From a virus (taxonomy: Duplodnaviria > Caudoviricetes), in the IMG/VR virus record IMGVR_UViG_3300025018_000001: a stretch of 64,000 bases of DNA; one strand, given 5' to 3'. Made by a program: the position numbers and the translations under genes. How positions within the stretch are numbered: the first letter of the stretch is position 1; each line of letters opens with the position of its first letter. The notes below the pieces were generated by a model that saw nothing but the letters and a program-made list of their open reading frames with translations, was not told the DNA's origin and searched no databases. Positions 39,782-48,689 of the stretch are shown here, piece after piece.

Positions 39782-40957
39782 TTATGTCCAAGTTGGCGAT
39801 ATCTCTAACATAAGTTGTCCGAAGTTAGTAGTTGCAGGACACACAGTAAACGCCATAAAAGTACGTCCAGCTAACTCACCATTCCCCTCAAATATATCAC
39901 CATTATTCAAAGGCACACTGTGTAAAGGATTCCATATACCATACATCCTTCCACGTAATACGGCCTGTGCAGCAACACCTATACCGTCTCCTACTGTGAC
40001 TGGGCACATATATAAACCCCCATCAACAGGGTTGGGATAAGGCATTCCTGTACCAGTAAAACCCATACCACTTTGGGCGGCTTTAGAGTAATCACCCATT
40101 TTACCTTGAGGTACTGAAGAACCTACTTGCGTATAGTTTCTTGCAGAGTACATATAAAATAATGAGGTACTTAATATTGAGTTTAGATTAGATACTAAAT
40201 ATGGGAAATATTGATATTGGTATGAACCATTGTTACTATTAGCTGAAAGGAAAGTATTATATTGATCACCTGCTTTATATGAGTAGTAATCACCAAATCC
40301 CATAAAAGAATAAGCTCCATAATCAGTGCCTGTAGTGTATCTAACCCACATATATATGGTTTTATCATCTGCTACAATAACCCAATCTCTGAAATTGATA
40401 GCATCCGTAGTATTGGCTTTCTGCCAGTATAAACCACCATTCATTTGTGCAGTTGTTGGAAAAGGTCCTGTTCCGGTACTTACAGCTGACATAGCTTCAT
40501 AACCAATGCACCTTGCTGATCCAGTGTAAGTATCATTAATGTGTAGGTAGTGTTGATTACCACCACCTTGCCTATATGCAGCTAAGTTAGTACCTGAATA
40601 AGCTTTAGTCCACCCAGCACCAGCTGATTTTATTGTAATAGTTCCAGTAGCAGGTGAGGTAGATATACCTGAAGCGGTATAATAGAATGAGAAAGCGTCT
40701 ATAATAGTTATAATATATTCACCATTATATCCGGCTTCATTGGCCCCGGCAACAGTCTGTCTAGAGTGTGGTTGTAGTCCGTGTGCTTGTCCAGTAGCAG
40801 CGGTAACTATACCATTACTATGGGTCATAGTTATAATTGTTTGCTGACCATAACCATCGACTAAACATGCATCTAATACTCCTATAAGATAACCTGCGGC
40901 GCCATATAATGTAGGAGCACCGTAATCATTATGTCTATAAATTTTAACATTACTCAT
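39782..40957 (-). CDS. Tail-fibre-associated structural protein
   Basis: 391 aa, GAPTLYG..LIGVLDACLVDGYG N-terminus, Gly/Tyr/Thr-rich. Confidence 0.5.
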   Translation of the reverse strand: MSNVKIYRHNDYGAPTLYGAAGYLIGVLDACLVDGYGQQTIITMTHSNGIVTAATGQAHGLQPHSRQTVAGANEAGYNGEYIITIIDAFSFYYTASGISTSPATGTITIKSAGAGWTKAYSGTNLAAYRQGGGNQHYLHINDTYTGSARCIGYEAMSAVSTGTGPFPTTAQMNGGLYWQKANTTDAINFRDWVIVADDKTIYMWVRYTTGTDYGAYSFMGFGDYYSYKAGDQYNTFLSANSNNGSYQYQYFPYLVSNLNSILSTSLFYMYSARNYTQVGSSVPQGKMGDYSKAAQSGMGFTGTGMPYPNPVDGGLYMCPVTVGDGIGVAAQAVLRGRMYGIWNPLHSVPLNNGDIFEGNGELAGRTFMAFTVCPATTNFGQLMLEISPTWT

Positions 40958-40979
40958 TTTACTTCTCCTATATTAAAAA

Positions 40980-41240
40980 TCAAATATTAGAAACTGTTGG
41001 TTCTATTAGAAAGAACTTAGTACAGTCTAACACTATATGGTCTAAGTCAATACATAACTTTGTACAGTACTCATGTGTAAAGCTATCAAAACCCTCTTCT
41101 GGGGCATTGGAGGTGGCCTCTTCAGTTTCATCCACATCGTAATATTCTACATCTAGACCTTCCAAACTGACTACCCTGGAAACTCTATGATCACAATGTT
41201 TACAAAGTGAGTTGTTAAGCATATAAATAGGGTCCATCAT
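40980..41240 (-). CDS. Cys/His-rich hypothetical protein
   Basis: CKHCDH..HEYC..C..C. Confidence 0.6.
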   Translation of the reverse strand: MMDPIYMLNNSLCKHCDHRVSRVVSLEGLDVEYYDVDETEEATSNAPEEGFDSFTHEYCTKLCIDLDHIVLDCTKFFLIEPTVSNI

Positions 41241-41443
41241 TTTGGCTTCTCCTTATGCGCTCTAGAAACTGTTTCTGGCGTTTTATGTGTTAGTATTTTA
41301 TTTTGCTTACGCATCCTCTTTATCTTACAATTAATAGAATCCTCATCTCTACCTGGCAGCTGATCCATAAGCTCAAAAATAGTACTTGTAGCGTAATTAT
41401 CTATTAATATTTTTTCTTCTGAAAAAGTCCACATCTTGCTCAT
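41237..41443 (-). CDS. Small Myb/SANT-like DNA-binding protein
   Basis: WTFSEEKILIDNY..LPGRDEDSINCKIKRM. Confidence 0.55.
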   Translation of the reverse strand: MSKMWTFSEEKILIDNYATSTIFELMDQLPGRDEDSINCKIKRMRKQNKILTHKTPETVSRAHKEKPK

Positions 41444-41642
41444 ATAGTTCCTCTTCTAAGTAATCATTCATGGAAGTACATATCTTTATTTCATTTAATA
41501 AGTCTTTCATTATTAATAAAGTCTCTTCCTGTTCGCTTCCTCTAGCTATGGCTATATCTAAACTAGACCCAAGAGTATTAATTGTGGAATCTAAATCATT
41601 AATAGATATTTTACGTGACATTGAATTCTCCAAAGTGTGCAT
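41397..41642 (-). CDS. Hypothetical protein
   Basis: 81 aa ORF with GAGGAG RBS. Confidence 0.55.
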   Translation of the reverse strand: MHTLENSMSRKISINDLDSTINTLGSSLDIAIARGSEQEETLLIMKDLLNEIKICTSMNDYLEEELYEQDVDFFRRKNINR

Positions 41643-41667
41643 TATCTCCTCTAAAATAAGTTAACAT

Positions 41668-41696
41668 ATTATATTTATAACTTGTTGTTATCACAA
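41668..41696 (-). promoter_or_regulatory. Sigma70-type promoter
   Basis: TTGTGA-17 nt-TATAAT. Confidence 0.45.
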
Positions 41697-41747
41697 AATA
41701 GTTACAGTTTATATAACAAAACTAACCTATATTAAAGCTTAGTTAGT

Positions 41748-42389
41748 TTAATTACTTCTGATGCCCTGCCAGGTGGGTGTATAGGGGATTGCTGAATATA
41801 TAATTACCTGTCCAGACGGAGCACTAACTTGTGTACCTGCTGTATTTACAAAAACCATATTCAGTACTTGAAAGTAGTCAGTACTTTTTGATAACATCAT
41901 TTTGGTATAATCTGGGATGGCCATAGGATTAGTAAATTCAAACGTGGGAGTTGTTGTTATGTAAACCTTTGTTCCATCTATTGTAGTTGGATTCTCAGTA
42001 CACCAACTTAGACCAAAAGTCGTAGAAGATACTGTTATGAAGAAGTCTTGTATGAATGCTACAGTCTGTAGATTATTCTGGTCCACACCTTTAACTATTA
42101 CCTTGTAATATCCAGGTTCTAAATTATCATATCTTAAATTATTATAATCAGTAGGTTTACTACCTAATAAAGTTAATGTGGTATTACCACAAGAATCACC
42201 TAGAGTTACTTTATGCATTTCTACAAAAAAGGAACTATAGGTGACTATGGTATCTTTCCAAAATACAAATAAAGTTTTAGCCTCAAAATTATAATCCCCG
42301 TATACATCAACACTTAATGTTTCAGAGTATACGGGTTTTACTAATGAAAGCAAAAACACCACCATTATAAGTAGTTTGCGTATCACCAA
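41748..42389 (-). CDS. Secreted beta-rich (FN3-like) protein
   Basis: N-terminal signal peptide (MVIRKLLIMVVFLLSLVKPVYS), beta-strand-rich body. Confidence 0.55.
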   Translation of the reverse strand: MVIRKLLIMVVFLLSLVKPVYSETLSVDVYGDYNFEAKTLFVFWKDTIVTYSSFFVEMHKVTLGDSCGNTTLTLLGSKPTDYNNLRYDNLEPGYYKVIVKGVDQNNLQTVAFIQDFFITVSSTTFGLSWCTENPTTIDGTKVYITTTPTFEFTNPMAIPDYTKMMLSKSTDYFQVLNMVFVNTAGTQVSAPSGQVIIYSAIPYTPTWQGIRSN

Positions 42390-42390
42390 T

Positions 42391-42738
42391 TTATTCCTTC
42401 AAGTGAATACCAGATGGAAGAGGTGGTAATGTTTTTGCGTAAGAGAAAGGGACGGCTGTAGAACTTCCCCACATATTTGTGTAAGTTACGGCAACAACGT
42501 TGTTACCATTAACGGAAGAGGCTATATCGAATACGCAAATACTTTTGGTGTCATCTTCTTGTGCGATAGGTGCTACATCCACAGCTGATCCACTATTCAA
42601 TGTAAATTTACATGTAGTTACGACATCAGACGGGAATTCTCCAGTTACAGCAAATGGAGCAGCTACAACAGGAGAGGCAAAGCATACTACAAACAACATA
42701 GCTATACAACTAAGTAGTTTTTTCATATTTTTCCTCAT
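42391..42738 (-). CDS. Small secreted protein
   Basis: Signal peptide MKKLLSCIAMLFVVCFASPVVA. Confidence 0.6.
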   Translation of the reverse strand: MRKNMKKLLSCIAMLFVVCFASPVVAAPFAVTGEFPSDVVTTCKFTLNSGSAVDVAPIAQEDDTKSICVFDIASSVNGNNVVAVTYTNMWGSSTAVPFSYAKTLPPLPSGIHLKE

Positions 42739-42825
42739 TAATAAAATTAATAAAATGTTACCTGAATGTGATAAAAACTAACTTACCACACTTATAGTAA
42801 GTAAGTTAGTTTATTTTAATATAAC

Positions 42826-44103
42826 CTAAAAAGTCTTGTCCTGTAGTTTTTCGGCTAACTCTAGTAAAGCACTTCTATAAGAATATTTTAAATTAACATA
42901 TGCCAATGATGGGTGAGGTAAGGCTCTAAGTAACTTGAGTAAACCACTATTGGAAGGCTTAACACTATAACTCTGGATTAAGTCTCCAGTCATAATTATC
43001 TTTGACTCCTCCGTGGCCCTACTTAAACAAGCTGATACTAAGTCTATTGTACATAGCTGGACCTCATCAAGTAATAAATAGTCATCCATTAAACTCAAAC
43101 CTTGTATACTATTTATGTCTATAAGTTCAAAAAACTTATTAAACAATTCTGTCTTTACAAAGTCAAATGATTTACCCTCTTTAGATTGCCCTTTAGTGTT
43201 ACCATAAAGATAATATAACGAACTAAGGAAACCCATTGCCCAAGAAAACAATTTATCATCAGTTGTTCCAGGAAGGAACCCAATGTTATACCTATGGTCT
43301 ATCCCTATAGGAGGCCTACTTATAAATGTCTTTTTATTGTTTGTAGCTAAAGCATAAGCTGAACTAATTAAACTTTTACCTGAACCCCATTTACCTGTTA
43401 TCAAAACATTATCAGCGTTGGCCAAAGCGTAGAAGGCACATATCTGATAAACATCTTTTGATTTTAATTTAAAGCTTGGACCTTCTATAACTCTATATTT
43501 TGGATTGTTGTCAATGCGCTCAAACATAAATGTTTTTGGATTATTTGCATATACTGCTATGTCTTCTCCTAAAGGGTCTTGAACAAACAAAAAGAACCAG
43601 CTATGTCTCGTAGCCTTCTTAATATGTTCAATCCAACCAACCAAGTCATCATAACTTTTATCGTAATATTTTTGTAGAAAACAAAAATCTTTTGGTAAAT
43701 CAGCTTCTTTCATGTAGACATACGGATCAAATATTCCGTTGGCTATATTACCATACATTTTAACTGGTACACCTTTACTTTCAGCTATGATACTCATGGA
43801 TATATCTTTAGTAGCTAAAGACGCGCCTGTCTGTTTAGCTGCTGAGATAATTAAATCATCATTACTTGATATGTCCTGAGTATTAACTACAAACTCAATA
43901 ACACCTGGATTGGTCTTTTGGAACTCTTTAATAGAGTTAATAGCTGCCCTGGCAGAGAAAGATAAGTCTGGATTGACTTTATGCTTATCTAATTCTTTTA
44001 ACACCACTGCTGATAAAACTATACTAGTATACTCTTTATGAAGTTTAAAAAGAATATTAGGGTCATCCAACAGTAAGTTAGTATCTACAAGTATTTTCGA
44101 CAT
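42826..44103 (-). CDS. phoH: PIN-PhoH fusion (PhoH2-type) protein
   Basis: PIN VDTNLLLD..VLKELD..NDD..TKD. PhoH P-loop TGKWGSGKS, FLPG, LLDEVQ, IMTGD..Q. Start placed at MSKILV after GGAGG. Confidence 0.88.
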   Translation of the reverse strand: MSKILVDTNLLLDDPNILFKLHKEYTSIVLSAVVLKELDKHKVNPDLSFSARAAINSIKEFQKTNPGVIEFVVNTQDISSNDDLIISAAKQTGASLATKDISMSIIAESKGVPVKMYGNIANGIFDPYVYMKEADLPKDFCFLQKYYDKSYDDLVGWIEHIKKATRHSWFFLFVQDPLGEDIAVYANNPKTFMFERIDNNPKYRVIEGPSFKLKSKDVYQICAFYALANADNVLITGKWGSGKSLISSAYALATNNKKTFISRPPIGIDHRYNIGFLPGTTDDKLFSWAMGFLSSLYYLYGNTKGQSKEGKSFDFVKTELFNKFFELIDINSIQGLSLMDDYLLLDEVQLCTIDLVSACLSRATEESKIIMTGDLIQSYSVKPSNSGLLKLLRALPHPSLAYVNLKYSYRSALLELAEKLQDKTF

Positions 44104-44146
44104 TGAGCCTCCAAAATAGAAAGGCGCCAATACTTAATTAAAAGTA

Positions 44147-44593
44147 CTAGCGCCCGTTAGTAGTAGTGCCTGGAATGTTACTAAAAAACCAAATATAAAT
44201 CCAAGCGATTAAAAAAACAATTAAACTGGATGTCACGATGACATAAAGTTTTCTTACTAAATTGTATATGTAGGTTACTCTTGGTACTTGAAAATTAGAA
44301 TAGATTTGTATAAACAACTCATACAGACGCTGTTCCATTAACTGTAAGTCATGTATTACTACTATACCAAACATTATAAGTGATAGTAAAATAAAAGATA
44401 CAAATATTCCTATAGGAAAGTACATACCGTTTGCTTGAAATTGCTCGCGGGCTGGATAAACTTTGCCAAGAAGCGTTAATATAAATACAGAAGAAGACAA
44501 CCACCAGGCTAATCCTGAACTCCAAGTAAGAGTAATTAAAGAGAAACTATTACTAATTACTATTTTAGATACTTCAATATCTGTAGGAGTCAT
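44147..44593 (-). CDS. Membrane protein (about 3 TM)
   Basis: 148 aa with three long hydrophobic segments. Confidence 0.6.
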   Translation of the reverse strand: MTPTDIEVSKIVISNSFSLITLTWSSGLAWWLSSSVFILTLLGKVYPAREQFQANGMYFPIGIFVSFILLSLIMFGIVVIHDLQLMEQRLYELFIQIYSNFQVPRVTYIYNLVRKLYVIVTSSLIVFLIAWIYIWFFSNIPGTTTNGR

Positions 44594-44997
44594 TAATGCT
44601 TAACTTTTTTTGTGGCGTCAGTTTTAATACTAGGTACTTCGTAAGACTTTACTTCTTGATTATTAGATTGTGCTTCACTATTAATATCCTTATTATTTTT
44701 CCTTATTAATGAGGAATTACTTAATAATAAATTTGTTAAGCTATTCATCTGGTTTTTTACATCAATGTTTAGGTCTTTTACTGATGTAGATAGATCACTA
44801 AAATCTGATTTCATTTCTGATAATATTTCGTCATGTCCTGCTTCTTTTAAAGCAAACTTTTCGAATGTCTTGTTTTGTAGAGTTTGTAACACATTAATTC
44901 TTGAGTCCATGTGAAAATACAAACCTGTCATTGTTGCCATGTAGATTATTATAATGTACACGGCAAACTTTTCTATTTTTAGTGCTAAGCTTGTCAT
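44593..44997 (-). CDS. Single-TM coiled-coil protein (inner-spanin-like topology)
   Basis: N-terminal TM followed by heptad-rich polar body. Confidence 0.45.
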   Translation of the reverse strand: MTSLALKIEKFAVYIIIIYMATMTGLYFHMDSRINVLQTLQNKTFEKFALKEAGHDEILSEMKSDFSDLSTSVKDLNIDVKNQMNSLTNLLLSNSSLIRKNNKDINSEAQSNNQEVKSYEVPSIKTDATKKVKH

Positions 44998-45148
44998 GAT
45001 GTTTGTATCTCCAAAATTAAGTAAAATTATAAGTGGTACTCACAATATACTTCCCTCACACTTATTACAGGTTACTTTAATTGAGATATTACTACTATAT
45101 GTACTATATACTACAGTTGTGCATTGTTTTGCACAATATTGTGCGTTA

Positions 45149-45496
45149 TCAGTTAGTTGATAGTAAACTGTTTTTATATAAATTTTTAATTAATCTAACT
45201 TCCTCAATAAAACCATCTATATTCTCTGAATTTGCAATGATAGCACCAGCCGCTAGTTCGAATAGGGTGCTTTGTTTGGAAGTTAACAATTCAAGTTCTG
45301 ATCTTTTCTGTGCTATAATCTGTTGTTCCCAATTATCTAAAACTAGATCTACAAAAGCTTCCTTATTAGGCATAGCTGAAATTAATTCCCTAAACATTAC
45401 TAACGTAATAGTTTCAATAAAGTCGTTAGTGATTTGTCTGGGTTTGTTGGTTAGTTTAGATAATTCGTACATAATTTTAGCGCTGTTTTCATCCAT
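45149..45496 (-). CDS. Hypothetical protein
   Basis: 115 aa ORF with AGGAG RBS. Confidence 0.65.
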   Translation of the reverse strand: MDENSAKIMYELSKLTNKPRQITNDFIETITLVMFRELISAMPNKEAFVDLVLDNWEQQIIAQKRSELELLTSKQSTLFELAAGAIIANSENIDGFIEEVRLIKNLYKNSLLSTN

Positions 45497-45509
45497 TGTA
45501 ATTCTCCTA

Positions 45510-45713
45510 TTAGTTTTTGTTAGTTGGATCTAAAATACTTAAACGTCTGTTAGTTAGATCGTAAGATAGGTCATCAGCGAAAGATACATCATCTATTATG
45601 ATAAAATCAATTGTTTTACCTCTAAGACTAGAGGATCTAAGATTAGACTCAACTACATCAATGTTTGTGTAGTTATTTTTATTACTATTTCGTCTAAAAC
45701 ATTTCAAACCCAT
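45510..45713 (-). CDS. Small protein with Walker-B-like segment
   Basis: 67 aa, AAGGAG RBS, LRGKTIDFIIIDD. Confidence 0.55.
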   Translation of the reverse strand: MGLKCFRRNSNKNNYTNIDVVESNLRSSSLRGKTIDFIIIDDVSFADDLSYDLTNRRLSILDPTNKN

Positions 45714-45729
45714 AATTACTCCTTACTAG

Positions 45730-45759
45730 TTATTGTACTACTTGGCTGTTTCAATAAAA
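45730..45759. repeat. 30-bp element, copy 1 (candidate operator)
   Basis: TTATTGTACTACTTGGCTGTTTCAATAAAA; 28/30 identical to 48802-48831. Confidence 0.7.
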
Positions 45760-45762
45760 CTA

Positions 45763-45791
45763 ATTATACATCATTAGTACCTACTTGTCAA
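45763..45791 (-). promoter_or_regulatory. Consensus sigma70 promoter
   Basis: Exact TTGACA-17 nt-TATAAT on the minus strand. Confidence 0.85.
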
Positions 45792-45989
45792 TGTTTATGT
45801 ACTATATTTATTACTACTATAGAAGGTTACTAAGAAGAGATGTTTTATAAGTTGTTAACTACATTAACATATAATAACTAATATAACATGTATTTGTTGT
45901 TATGTAGTTGTTGTACTACATAACTTGATAGAGAGAGTGCAGTGAGTACTTATGCCCCCCCATGTACGAAGATTAAAAAATAATACATC

Positions 45990-46220
45990 GCACAAGAGGG
46001 GCAGAAGAAACTTGATTAACTTGACGTCGATCGTTTGTTTCGTTTAAGGGGAATAACGTGCCCAGGTCTACCTTTACCACGCAGAGACTAGTCCTATCAC
46101 CAAGTCTCTTACCCCTTATTCTGGATGTTTCCATCTAGGACGGCTGGATGCAATTTACGCACCCTGTCAGGGTTTCCCTATTAATTTCATAGCCGGGCGA
46201 CGCTATACCTGCAAAGCAAT
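45990..46220 (-). ncRNA. Candidate structured non-coding RNA
   Basis: GC-richer, ORF-free island with several hairpins and a long-range helix; upstream TTGACT-17-TACGCT promoter; family not recognised. Confidence 0.4.
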
Positions 46221-46314
46221 TTATTTATTGTTTTAATTAAATAATTCCTAATGCACCCTCAAAGGCTTTACAAAATCAGAGGGATTTAAATATTAAGATA
46301 AGTATGTATATAAC

Positions 46315-46343
46315 AGCGTAACAAAAAAATTCTATAAAGTCAA
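46315..46343 (-). promoter_or_regulatory. Sigma70-type promoter upstream of the structured island
   Basis: TTGACT-17 nt-TACGCT. Confidence 0.45.
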
Positions 46344-46346
46344 TAC

Positions 46347-46979
46347 TTATTTTATTAACTCTTCTCTAGAACCTAAACTATCAATCGCATAATGGCAATC
46401 TATAAAGGTTGCATTTATATTTCCAGCGTTGGCGTCTGTGCGTGCTAATTTTATTTGTATCATAGAGGATAAACCTTTACCTGTAGTTGATATATCCCCA
46501 AGACGTGATATTTGGTTTAATGTACCAGAGGTATAAGTAAAAGAATTAACACCTGCAGTGGCAGTATTAACTACTATATTAGATGACCATGTAGTTACTT
46601 TAGGTTGGCCTTGTCCCTGAACACGGTATTTAAAGGTAAATGTTCTCGCTACTGCAGAAGGTTGCTCCCAATGGATATGTAGTTTTAGTGGTGTATCTAA
46701 TACAGCTCTATGGCGTAGTTGCAATGTGATATCTACTATATCACCTAAAGTAGTTATAGACCCATCTGGCTGAAGCACTACACACTGCTCATCAAAATCA
46801 TAATCAGCTTTTCCTGCTACTGAGTATAGGTTAGCCCCTGTTATAGGTCCTTGTAGATCATCATACGCTGTAGCGGAGCCTTCTAGTTTCATTGAACCAT
46901 CTGGTTCTATTGTGAGTCTATCAACACCATTTCCTATATGTAGTGGGTTAGTTAAAGCTGTTACATCTATGTTTGTCAT
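46347..46979 (-). CDS. Hypothetical beta-rich (possibly structural) protein
   Basis: 210 aa ORF, coupled operon. Confidence 0.65.
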   Translation of the reverse strand: MTNIDVTALTNPLHIGNGVDRLTIEPDGSMKLEGSATAYDDLQGPITGANLYSVAGKADYDFDEQCVVLQPDGSITTLGDIVDITLQLRHRAVLDTPLKLHIHWEQPSAVARTFTFKYRVQGQGQPKVTTWSSNIVVNTATAGVNSFTYTSGTLNQISRLGDISTTGKGLSSMIQIKLARTDANAGNINATFIDCHYAIDSLGSREELIK

Positions 46980-46981
46980 AT

Positions 46982-47440
46982 CTATGCTCCAATTGTAAGA
47001 TTATCACCATTAGATACTAAGAAACTTCCATCACCGTCTACTAGATAAATTGTGTTTATTATTATCTTTAGGTATTCTATGATGTGAGCAGCGTGCTCAC
47101 CAGTTTGCGCTTCTGAATAAACTAATACACCACGGCTTCCTGCAAAGAATGTGGGGCCGCTACCAAAGTTTTTTAAAGTTAATCCCGTAATTACTTTTGG
47201 TACACCTGTTGATGTGTATAAGGTATGATCTACATCATTAACCCACCCTGAATAAGTTCTATAATCATCAGAGTCCGGTAATGTGTAGGTGTCTGTATCA
47301 CCTATATAGTTTGTGGAAGAACCACTAACGTGTATTATGTCGTAGCCCCCAATAACACCTATTAGGGGTTTGTTTAACCCAACTATTAAGTGTCTATTAG
47401 GTAATATATGATGTCGTTTTAATAGTCCGAATTGAAGCAT
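46982..47440 (-). CDS. Hypothetical protein
   Basis: 152 aa ORF. Confidence 0.6.
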   Translation of the reverse strand: MLQFGLLKRHHILPNRHLIVGLNKPLIGVIGGYDIIHVSGSSTNYIGDTDTYTLPDSDDYRTYSGWVNDVDHTLYTSTGVPKVITGLTLKNFGSGPTFFAGSRGVLVYSEAQTGEHAAHIIEYLKIIINTIYLVDGDGSFLVSNGDNLTIGA

Positions 47441-47442
47441 GA

Positions 47443-47700
47443 TTAAGCCAAATGAAATTTGCCGGAACTGGCTGGTTCATTGAGAGTTATTGTGTCTGCG
47501 CCATCAACTGTGAAGCTGTCTCCTTCTACTAAAGCTACTACTGTCTCTGTACCATCTTCCCAATTTAATGTTATATTACCATCTATAGCACAATATATTA
47601 AGTTTGCTTCAAAACTACCAGAGGTTAAATTAATGAACCCCTTCCTTAAGGGCATTGCTTGTACAACATTATTTTTACCAGTATAAGATAGTGTCTCCAT
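47443..47700 (-). CDS. Hypothetical protein
   Basis: 85 aa ORF with AGGAGAG RBS. Confidence 0.65.
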   Translation of the reverse strand: METLSYTGKNNVVQAMPLRKGFINLTSGSFEANLIYCAIDGNITLNWEDGTETVVALVEGDSFTVDGADTITLNEPASSGKFHLA

Positions 47701-47794
47701 CTTCTCTCCTATATGTATTTAGACTTTTATAGAATAAAAGGCACTCTTTAGAAGCAGTGCCTTAATATAGTTACTTAATTAAATCATTTTTTTT

Positions 47795-48265
47795 TTATTC
47801 TTGACTTATGGACCTATCTAGTCTCACCTTAGCCGTTGCGTTAACTATTTCAACAACTTTCCAGGCTACAACCAGCTTATCACTATCCAACATAGGTGTA
47901 GAATCAATTTGCTGCATCAAACTAGCCTTTACAAGAACAATCAAATCATTAAATGATTGCAGAGTAAGTGGGTCTAGATCCAGTTTTGCAACCTCGGCGC
48001 CCAAGATGGAATCTAAATTAGCCAAGTCTACTATATCCATAGTACTACCTTCTTTCAATGCTAATAGCACGTTAGTGACTTGGAACGACGGTACAATCAA
48101 CTTAGGATTAGCGGCCATAGTAGCCCCAACAGATAACTGAATCAAAGCTGACTCTACGGGGTCTACTTTACCGTCACCAATTGTAGATGTTCCATCAGTG
48201 GCGCAACCTTGCAACACCAAAAACACACTTAATACCAAACCTAATACTAATTGCTTTATCTTCAT
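47795..48265 (-). CDS. Lipoprotein
   Basis: Signal peptide II with lipobox VLQGC. Confidence 0.75.
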   Translation of the reverse strand: MKIKQLVLGLVLSVFLVLQGCATDGTSTIGDGKVDPVESALIQLSVGATMAANPKLIVPSFQVTNVLLALKEGSTMDIVDLANLDSILGAEVAKLDLDPLTLQSFNDLIVLVKASLMQQIDSTPMLDSDKLVVAWKVVEIVNATAKVRLDRSISQE

Positions 48266-48306
48266 TCTGTTCTCCTTTACTTAATTATAATTAGACTGAT
48301 TGAGGT

Positions 48307-48492
48307 TTATTCCTCAGGATAGTACTTCTTATTCAGCCTAACTAGTTGCCTTTCGGCTTCTTCACGCATATCATATTCCTTTGTAACAGCGGTCTCTTCT
48401 TTATCATTTACGACCACTCTATATTTATAATTCTTAGGATTCAACGAAACTCTAAACCACGGTTGTTTTAAATCAGGTATTTTAACTTTCAT
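48307..48492 (-). CDS. Hypothetical protein
   Basis: 61 aa ORF. Confidence 0.55.
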   Translation of the reverse strand: MKVKIPDLKQPWFRVSLNPKNYKYRVVVNDKEETAVTKEYDMREEAERQLVRLNKKYYPEE

Positions 48493-48689
48493 ACGCCGCC
48501 CACTGTGCCAGGTTTATACATACGCTCTCCTCTCTTATTAATTATTTAACTTCTTTACTCCTTTTATATATCTCAGTTAGTTAATTTGTACGGCAAGTTT
48601 TGGGCTTTTCGACGCACACATATCTCCCCTCTCCACACGACCACTAGTAGCCCAACACGCGGCTAGAGGCGAAATAAGGTACCATCACG

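Noticed and set aside
46075-46110. CAGAGACTAG/TAGTCC resembling group I intron R and S elements
   Set aside because: The two words overlap instead of flanking P8, there are no P/Q elements, and no interrupted gene
45940-46330. tmRNA, RNase P or tRNA identity for the structured island
   Set aside because: No acceptor/T-arm with CCA end, no tag ORF ending in Ala-Ala, no RNase P conserved regions in the right order
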